This document shows positions 23,493-29,446 of a stretch of DNA of 29,446 nt, piece after piece. This stretch comes from Candidatus Methylomirabilis limnetica (GTDB lineage: Bacteria > Methylomirabilota > Methylomirabilia > Methylomirabilales > Methylomirabilaceae): assembly GCF_003044035.1 (NCBI RefSeq), contig NZ_NVQC01000021.1, forward strand, positions 1 to 29,446. The letters are read 5' to 3'. The translations under genes and the position numbers were made by a program. The notes beneath the pieces were generated by a model, which worked only from the letters and a program-made list of their open reading frames with translations, did no database searches and was not told the DNA's origin. Numbering within the stretch: the first letter of the stretch is position 1; each line of letters starts with the position of its first letter.

Positions 23493-25163
23493 ATGAACCG
23501 ACCGACGACTGCCCTTGTGGCCTGCATCGCGATGCTAGCGCTGCTCGTGCCGGGCGCTTGGGCGCAGGATAAAGTAGCTGTCCCGGCTGGGAACATATCG
23601 TCCATAACGTCCGACATTGAGGCGACAACGGATGTTGCGCGAGCGGCGGTTACCCTGGACGGAGAGGTGCTCTTTCGCGTGCGCGGGGTGACGGCTTACC
23701 CGGCTGAGAGGCGCGCACTGACCGTCAGCGGGCGTATCGAGGCCATTGCCGCCGATCGGTCCGTGTCTACCAATACCTTGCACGTGGTCGAGGCGGGGGA
23801 TCGATCCAACCTCCTCGCCGGGGATCGACCGATCATGAGCGTTCTGGACGCGGATGCCGCGCTGGAGGGCGTCTCGCGCCAGGTGCTCGCGGAGGCCACG
23901 CTTAAGCGTATTGCGCCGGCCATCGACACCTATCGGCACGACCGCAACCCGCGCGAGCTGCTGCTCCACACCGGCTATGCGCTCGGCGCAACGCTGGTAT
24001 TCGCGCTGCTGCTGTTCGGATTCCGGCGCGCGTTTCGGTGGCTGGACGCGCTCGTCGAGCGGCTCCTCAGGTCACGGATCGAAGGCTTGCAGGCCCAGTC
24101 CCACCAGATCATTCAGGCGGATCTCGTGTGGAAATCGGTGCGCGGCCTGTTGCAGGGGCTGCAGGGCTTCCTGATTCTGGTTGCCGTCTACCTTTATTTG
24201 AACCTCGTCCTCGGCTTGTACCCGTGGACGCGTGCGTTCGCCGGGCGGCTACTGGCGCTGTTGCTCGACCCGCTGCGCGACATCGGCATGGGGGTGCTCC
24301 ATGCCGTGCCAGGTTTGGCGTTTGTGGCGATTTTGGCGATCGTGACGCGTTATGTCCTTAGGCTCACACGGTTGTTCTTCACCAGCATCGAGAATGGCAC
24401 GATTGCACCCAGGAATTTCGAGCGTGAATGGTCCATGCCAACGTACAAAATCGTGCGCGCGCTGATCATCGTGGCCGCATTGGTGATGGCCTATCCGCAT
24501 ATCCCCGGCTCGAACTCGGAGGCCTTCAAGGGCTTGACGATCTTCCTCGGCGTACTCTTCTCGCTGGGATCGTCGTCCTTCATCGCCAACCTGATCGCGG
24601 GCTATTCCGTGATCTACCGCCGCGCGTTCAAAGTCGGCGATCGCATCAGGGTTAACGAGATCACCGGCGACGTAACTGAAATCCGGCTTGTGGTGACGCA
24701 CCTGCGCACCATCAAGAACGAGGAGATCACCGTCCCGAACTCGGTAATCATCGCCAGTCACGTCATCAACTACAGCAGACTCGCGCACTCGCGCGGGCTG
24801 ATTCTGCATACTACCGTTGGCATTGGCTACGAGACATCCTGGCGGCAGGTTGAAGCGATGCTGCGGCTTGCCGCCGAGCGTACGCCTGGACTGCTCAAGG
24901 AGCCGCCACCCTTCGTGCTGCAGAAGTCCCTGGGCGACTTCGCCGTGACTTACGAGCTCAACGTCTACTGCGACAACCCGCAAGGTATGGCGCGGTTCTA
25001 CACGGCGCTGCACCAGAACATCCTCGATGTGTTCAACGAGTACGGTGTGCAGATCATGACGCCGGCCTACGAGGGTGACCCGGAGGCGCCAAAGGTGGTG
25101 CCAAAGGATCAGTGGTTCTCAGCACCGGCAGCAGGTTCTACGCCCCCGAGCGGCGAAAGATGA
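23493..25163 (+). CDS. mechanosensitive ion channel (MscS) family protein with N-terminal periplasmic domain
   Basis: The track ORF 23346..25163 is trimmed to ATG 23493 (GAAGAAGGA upstream). Signal MNRPTTALVACIAMLALLVPGAWAQ. Several TM helices, then the MscS core FIANLIAGYSVIYRRAFKVGDRIRVNEITGDVTEIRLVVTHLRTIKNEEITVPNSVIIASHVINYS. Confidence 0.85.
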   Translation: MNRPTTALVACIAMLALLVPGAWAQDKVAVPAGNISSITSDIEATTDVARAAVTLDGEVLFRVRGVTAYPAERRALTVSGRIEAIAADRSVSTNTLHVVEAGDRSNLLAGDRPIMSVLDADAALEGVSRQVLAEATLKRIAPAIDTYRHDRNPRELLLHTGYALGATLVFALLLFGFRRAFRWLDALVERLLRSRIEGLQAQSHQIIQADLVWKSVRGLLQGLQGFLILVAVYLYLNLVLGLYPWTRAFAGRLLALLLDPLRDIGMGVLHAVPGLAFVAILAIVTRYVLRLTRLFFTSIENGTIAPRNFEREWSMPTYKIVRALIIVAALVMAYPHIPGSNSEAFKGLTIFLGVLFSLGSSSFIANLIAGYSVIYRRAFKVGDRIRVNEITGDVTEIRLVVTHLRTIKNEEITVPNSVIIASHVINYSRLAHSRGLILHTTVGIGYETSWRQVEAMLRLAAERTPGLLKEPPPFVLQKSLGDFAVTYELNVYCDNPQGMARFYTALHQNILDVFNEYGVQIMTPAYEGDPEAPKVVPKDQWFSAPAAGSTPPSGER

Positions 25164-25173
25164 AAATCGAAGA

Positions 25174-26211
25174 CAGGCCGTAGCCCGCCGGAAAGCAACA
25201 TCCCCCGAACCCCCTCCTTCGTAAGGAGGGGGAAACGGGCGGACCGAACCCTCTCCTCACCAAGGTGGGATGGAGACTCATAATGCCAAGCCACATACCG
25301 CACACATCAGCCCACCAGCTCAAGCGTCGGATTCACCCCGTGGTGATTGCGCTCGTTGCGCTGGTTGCAACAATGGCCCCCCATATCGCTGTAGCGGAGC
25401 AGGACGCTGCTGCCCAATCGCAGAAGGAAGCGACCCCATCCGGTGGCGGTGGCGCGGCGGGTCAGAATGACGAGGCAGCCGAGTTGGCCAAGAAGCTCCA
25501 GAACCCGGTCGCCAAGCTCATCAGCGTGCCGCTGCAGAGCAACTGGGATTTCAGCATCGGCTCTGCAAAGGCCATGCGCTACCTGCTCAACGTCCAGCCG
25601 GTCATCCCGTTCTCGCTGACCGCAGAGTGGAACCTTATTACCAGGACGATCGTGCCGTTCATCCACGCGGAAGCCCCCGTTGCTGGGGGCCGCGATACGG
25701 GCGGGCTGGGCGACATTGTCCAGAGTTTCTTCCTCTCGCCCAGTGCGCCGACCAGCCGCGGCTGGATCTGGGGCGTGGGGCCGGTGTTCCTCTATCCCAG
25801 CGCAAGCGACGACGCGCTCGGCGCCGAAAAGTGGGGCGCAGGCCCGACGGCTGTCTTTCTGAAGCAGGACAGCGGCTGGACCTACGGCCTGCTGGCCAAC
25901 CACATCTGGTCGTTCGCCGGTCGAGACAGCCGAGCGGATGTGAGTACCACGTTTCTGCAGCCGTTCGTTTCGTTCACCACGAAGACCTATACGACGTTCG
26001 CCCTGAACACCGAGTCCACCTACGACTGGGAGAACAAGCGGTGGGTAGTACCGCTGAACGCGACGGTCGCCCAGATGCTGAAGATCGGCGGCCAACCCAT
26101 CCAGCTCCAACTGGGGGGGGCGGGTCTATGCGGACCGACCTGACGGTGGCCCCGATTGGGGTCTTCGCTTCGCGGTGATCCTCCTATTCCCGAAATGAGC
26201 GGGCGCCATCC
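25174..26211 (+). repeat. segmental duplication, copy 2 (full length)
   Basis: See copy 1 (20914-21545). It begins with a ~60-nt remnant of a DUF559 3' end (...QAVARRKATSPEPPPS*) and the hairpin at 25210-25232, although no DUF559 gene precedes it here. Confidence 0.9.
25283..26198 (+). CDS. outer-membrane beta-barrel protein, uncharacterised OMP family; reading frame interrupted at a G8 tract (the written ORF stops at 26143)
   Basis: The track ORF 25265..26143 is trimmed to ATG 25283 (GGAGA SD). Signal ...VIALVALVATMAPHIAVA. Blocks: KLQNPVAKLISVPLQSNWDF, LNVQPVIPFSL, GLGDIVQSFFLSP, WGVGPVFLYPSASDDALGAEKWGAGPTAV, LLANHIWSFAGRDSRADVSTTFLQPFVSF. After the G8 run (26113-26120), the +1 frame encodes the expected last strand RVYADRPDGGPDWGLRFAVILLFPK* (stop 26196-26198). 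Confidence 0.7.
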
Positions 26212-26559
26212 CCTACTGCAAGGTGTACCCTACCGCCGTCCAAGCTTCTCTCGTCAAGAGAGGCTGCTGCGATAAATTGCACGTCTGTCTTACTCAGCGG
26301 GACCGATGGACGGTTCTACTGGCTATTAGTTCTCCTGACATTCCGGTTCTACAGGCCGGAACCTGCCCTCTTCAATCAACCACACTCTCATCGCTGCCGT
26401 GTTCGTTGGCGCGCGGGAAGTTTCGTGGTCTGGAAAGACAGGCGGACTCATACTTATGAACTTATAGTATTTGAAAGAGAATAGTGTTTTGTGAATGTTG
26501 ATGAATTTACCAAAACGGATTCTACTCCATAATAGTGTAACTAAAACGGAGGTATATCC

Positions 26560-26935
26560 ATGTTACAGACGATGCCACGGTTGCTGAAGATCTAGTTGCC
26601 GAAGAGGCAGTCAGCCTTCTTGTGGGGTCCAAGGAAGACAGGCAAAACCGCATTTCTCAGGGCGGCCTTCCCCCGGATAGTGTGCGCTATGACTTGCTTC
26701 AGACCGACCTTTTTCTTGAACTCCTCAAGCGTCCCTTTCTGCTGCGGGAACAGTTACTGGCGGCGGCCGCTAAGCAGTTGAAGGGGCCGGTCATTATAGA
26801 CGAAGTGCAGAAGGTGCCGCAATTGCTTGATGAAATACACTGGCTTATCGAAAACAGGGGCCTGCGCGGCCGTGTACCAGCTCGGCCCGTTCGGTACGGC
26901 TGTGAAGAAACTCAAGGCATGGGACGTGATATACT
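26560..26935 (+). pseudogene. decayed AAA_14-type ATPase gene (N-terminal part only; in-frame TAG, frameshift, truncation)
   Basis: An intact SD (ACGGAGGT) and ATG 26560 give MLQTMPRLLKI, then TAG (26593-26595), then LPKRQSAFLWGPRKTGKTAFLRAAFP (Walker A). The frame changes at the C5 run near 26668-26672, giving DSVRYDLLQTDLFLELLKRPFLLREQLL...GPVIIDEVQKVPQLLDEIHWLIENRGLR (Walker B-like IIDEVQ). Homology then fades. An AT-rich stretch precedes it at 26460-26559. Confidence 0.75.
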
Positions 26936-27099
26936 GACCCCCTTGAGACGCCGATCGCGGGATACGGAATGGGAGCAACGAGATACGGGAAATGAACGGG
27001 TCACACGACAACATGAATCAACCAACAACTGAAAGGAGGAACGGCGGCACACACAAGCGCATCGCCACCAACGCATCAACAATCGACAAGGAGCACTCC

Positions 27100-28671
27100 A
27101 TGACACTCAAACGATTGACCATCAGTCTATCGTTGCTGATGGCCGCAACGATGCTGCTCAGTACATTCGCACCGGCCCACGCGGCGGAGAAGAAACCCAA
27201 CATCCTCGTCATCTGGGGCGACGACATCGGCATCTGGAACGTCAGCGCCTACAACCAGGGCATGATGGGCTACAAGACGCCCAACATTGACCGCATCGCC
27301 AAGGAAGGCGCCCTGTTCACCGACTGGTATGGCCAGCAGAGCTGCACCGCCGGTCGCGCGGCGTTCCTCACCGGCCAGTCGCCCATCCGCACCGGCCTCA
27401 CCAAGGTCGGTCTGCCGGGCGCGAAGGAAGGGCTGACCAAGCTCGATCCGACCATCCCTGAGCTGCTGAAGCCGCTTGGTTATACCACCGGCCAGTTCGG
27501 CAAGAACCATCTCGGCGACCTGGATGAGCACCTGCCCACGAACCACGGCTTCGACGAGTTTTTCGGCAACCTCTACCACTTGAACGCGGAGGAGGAGCCG
27601 GAGAACGTGGACTATCCGAAGGATCCCGCGTTCAGGAAGCGCTTCGGCCCCCGGGGCGTGATCCATTCCTGGGCCAACGCTGACGGCACGCAGAAAATCC
27701 AGGACACAGGCCCGCTCACCAAAAAGCGCATGGAGACCATCGACGAGGAGTTCCTCGGCGGCGCGGTAAGCTTCATTAAGAAGGCCCACAAGGACGGCAA
27801 GCCTTTCTTCGCCTGGTTCAACACGAGCCGCATGCACATCTGGACGCACCTCAAGAAAGAGTCCGAAGGGAAGACCGGCCTCGGCATCGAGGCGGATGGC
27901 ATGGTGGAACACGACGGGCACGTGGGCCAGCTTCTCAAGCTGCTGGACGACCTCGGCCTCGCCGACAACACTATCGTCATGTATTCCACCGACAACGGCG
28001 CGGAGGTCATGAGCTGGCCGGACGGCGGCACCACGCCGTTCCGCGGCGAGAAGGCCACCAACTGGGAGGGTGGCTGGCGCGTGCCGACCGCCATCCGCTG
28101 GCCAGGTACGATTAAGCCCGGCACCGTGCTCAACGGCATCGGCTCGCACGAGGACATGCTACCCACGCTGCTTGCCGCCGCGGGCGACCCGAACGTCAAG
28201 GAAGACGTCCGCAAGGGCACGAAGAAAATCGGCAACACGACCTACAAGGCGCATATTGACGGCTACAACCTCATTCCGTGGTTGAGCGGCCAGACGGAGG
28301 AATCGCCCCGCAAGGAGTTCCTCTACTGGAGCGACGACGGCAGCCTGCTCAACCTCCGCTACGGCAACTGGAAGCTCGTGTTCCAGGAACAGCGCGCGCA
28401 TGGTGCGGAAGTGTGGGAAGAACCGTTTGTCCCACTTCGCCTGCCGAAGCTCTTCAATCTTCGCATGGACCCGTTCGAGCGTGCCGACCATGAGGGCATC
28501 GATTATTGGCGCTGGAGGATGGAACGCATCTACATGCTGGTCCCCGCACAGGCGTACGTGGGACAATGGCTCTCGAGCTTTAAGGAGTTCCCACCTCGCA
28601 TGAAGGCGGGCAGCTTCAGTTTGGATCAGGTCATGGAAAAGCTCACCAAGGAAAGCGGCAGCGGCAAGTAA
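27100..28671 (+). CDS. arylsulfatase (formylglycine-type, C-x-A-x-R variant), exported
   Basis: The track ORF 26992..28671 is trimmed to ATG 27100 (AAGGAG at 27088-27093). Signal MTLKRLTISLSLLMAATMLLSTFAPAHA. Motifs: PNILVIWGDDIG, QQSCTAGRAAFLTGQSPIRTG, GKNHLGD, YSTDNGAE, the Lys in FRGEKATNWEGGWRVP. Confidence 0.88.
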   Translation: MTLKRLTISLSLLMAATMLLSTFAPAHAAEKKPNILVIWGDDIGIWNVSAYNQGMMGYKTPNIDRIAKEGALFTDWYGQQSCTAGRAAFLTGQSPIRTGLTKVGLPGAKEGLTKLDPTIPELLKPLGYTTGQFGKNHLGDLDEHLPTNHGFDEFFGNLYHLNAEEEPENVDYPKDPAFRKRFGPRGVIHSWANADGTQKIQDTGPLTKKRMETIDEEFLGGAVSFIKKAHKDGKPFFAWFNTSRMHIWTHLKKESEGKTGLGIEADGMVEHDGHVGQLLKLLDDLGLADNTIVMYSTDNGAEVMSWPDGGTTPFRGEKATNWEGGWRVPTAIRWPGTIKPGTVLNGIGSHEDMLPTLLAAAGDPNVKEDVRKGTKKIGNTTYKAHIDGYNLIPWLSGQTEESPRKEFLYWSDDGSLLNLRYGNWKLVFQEQRAHGAEVWEEPFVPLRLPKLFNLRMDPFERADHEGIDYWRWRMERIYMLVPAQAYVGQWLSSFKEFPPRMKAGSFSLDQVMEKLTKESGSGK

Positions 28672-28762
28672 AACCGCACTCGATGAAAAGCTGATGCGTC
28701 TCACCGGGCAGAGCGCTTCCCCGTGAACACACGTGCCCTCATGCAGGGCGGGCTTACACGGA

Positions 28763-29446
28763 TGTGTGATTTCGCTAAAGTAAAAGGGACCCACCTAACA
28801 CGGCAATGATCGAGCAAAAGGAGCCCACTCTGATACGCTCGCTGTTTCTCGTGTGTTCGAGCAAGACCACACCAGAGACAGGGAGGGAGAGGAGTGCTAG
28901 GGATGGATCAGTACGAGCTCATCAGGACGGCCGCTCGGGTGTATCAGAAGAGTATTCGTCAGATCGCGCGGGAGACTGGGCATACACGCAAAACGATCCG
29001 CAAGGTTCTAGCTGGCTGGGAGCCTAAGTACCGGAGGAGGCACGAACCGGCCTCCCGGGTGATGGACTCGGTCGCCGCCATCATCGAGGGCTGGCTCCGC
29101 ACGGATCAGGAGACCCCCAAGAAGCATCGCCACACGGCGCACCGGATCTGGACCCGACTGGTCGAAGAGTATGCCTTTCCAGGGGCGGAGTCGACGGTGA
29201 GACGATGGGTGCGGGAGCAGAAGGCCCGGCTGGGATGGCCGACAGTCACAGCGGTCATCCCCTTAGACCCGGAGCTCGCGCAGGAGGCGGAAGTCGACTG
29301 GGGAGCTGCCTGGGTCCGCATGGCAGGAGAGGAGCGGCAGGTCAAGCTCTTCTGTATGCGATCGCGCTATTCGGGCATGCCCTTTGTGCGGGCCTATCCG
29401 TACGAGCGACAGGAGATGTTCTTCGATGGCCAAACCAGAGCCAGTG
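28763..29446 (+). mobile_element. IS21-family insertion sequence, left end (continues beyond the right edge)
   Basis: The putative terminus TGTGTGATTTCGCTAAAG starts at 28763. It is followed by two direct copies of a ~13-bp motif, AAAAGGGACCCAC (28782-28794) and AAAAGGAGCCCAC (28816-28828). This resembles the multiple terminal repeats of IS21-type ends. istA then starts at 28903. The exact end is not proven. Confidence 0.6.
28903..29446 (+). CDS. istA: IS21-family transposase IstA, N-terminal 181 codons (partial)
   Basis: Absent from the ORF track because there is no stop in the window. My translation reads MDQYELIRTAARVYQKSIRQIARETGHTRKTIRKVLAGWEPKYRRR...HRHTAHRIWTRLVEEYAFPGAESTVRRWVREQKARL...IPLDPELAQEAEVDWGAAWVRMAGEERQVKLFCMRSRYSGMPFVRAYPYERQEMFFDG. 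This shows the HTH and the start of the DDE domain typical of IstA. GGGAGGGAGAGGA SD upstream; an alternative GTG is at 28894. Confidence 0.88.
   Translation, partial: MDQYELIRTAARVYQKSIRQIARETGHTRKTIRKVLAGWEPKYRRRHEPASRVMDSVAAIIEGWLRTDQETPKKHRHTAHRIWTRLVEEYAFPGAESTVRRWVREQKARLGWPTVTAVIPLDPELAQEAEVDWGAAWVRMAGEERQVKLFCMRSRYSGMPFVRAYPYERQEMFFDGQTRAS

Noticed and set aside
26223-26459. 78-aa ORF in the 360-bp spacer between the OMP gene and the ATPase pseudogene
   Set aside because: It has a non-ATG start, no SD, no recognisable motifs and atypical composition. The reverse strand also gives only short, stop-interrupted frames. The spacer remains unassigned.
26593-26595. In-frame TAG in the ATPase gene as possible recoding or read-through
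   Set aside because: The same gene also has a frameshift ~75 nt downstream and lacks its whole C-terminal half, so simple pseudogenisation is the economical explanation.
22787-26935. The idea that the two ATPase fragments are halves of one gene split by a ~3.8-kb inversion
   Set aside because: The orientation and break sides fit an inversion. However, hand translation shows that each fragment has its own, different Walker A N-terminus (LLDPRQCGKTT versus WGPRKTGKT), so they are remnants of two separate genes.
1-29446. Search for tRNA, rRNA, CRISPR arrays and riboswitches
   Set aside because: I saw no T-loop (GGTTCGAATCC-like) or cloverleaf candidates, no regularly spaced 25-40-bp direct repeats, and no rRNA-like stretches. 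The only tandem or dispersed repeats are those listed as features.

Overview
High-GC bacterial chromosomal window, almost entirely coding on the + strand. I found no rRNA, tRNA or CRISPR array. All family calls come from motif recognition by eye; nothing was searched or computed beyond hand translation and coordinate arithmetic. (i) 1-2999: the 5' part of a DEAD-box RNA helicase gene (- strand), then an SBP56 / methanethiol-oxidase-like gene paired with SCO1/SenC. The pair is separated by a palindromic GTCATTGCGAG-type repeat. (ii) 3108-10786, a genome-maintenance block: recQ, a visibly lower-GC divergent Fe/Mn-SOD-family gene, an orphan iscX, recD2, and a TraR/DksA zinc-finger gene translationally coupled to a ~700-aa DUF2779 protein. 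That protein has an unknown N-domain, a Cas4-like 4-Cys PD-(D/E)xK nuclease and a DEDDy-like exonuclease. (iii) 10862-20482: a DUF4105 membrane protein, an inverted-repeat-bracketed remnant of a four-helix-bundle (23S IVS protein) gene, then seven co-directional genes whose products all carry signal peptides. These are a DUF4410 lipoprotein, an ~809-aa arylsulfatase, DUF1254/DUF1214, DUF3300, DUF2950, a small helical protein and SYLF/Ysc84. (iv) 20503-29446, a plastic region. It holds a DUF559 endonuclease-like cassette bounded by CCCCCTCCTT/AAGGAGGGGG palindromes. It also holds a segmental duplication carrying an outer-membrane beta-barrel gene; one copy has a 407-bp internal deletion and both copies share the same G8-tract frameshift. 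Two copies of a ~165-bp three-hairpin repeat sit in front of an OMP-transporter gene and an MscS-family gene. The region ends with two independently decayed AAA_14/DUF4143 ATPase genes, a second arylsulfatase, and the left end of an IS21-family element whose istA runs off the window. The best candidates for undescribed biology are the recD2 / Zn-finger / DUF2779 module, the seven-gene exported DUF cluster, the structured 165-bp repeat, and the G8 frameshift in the duplicated OMP gene.
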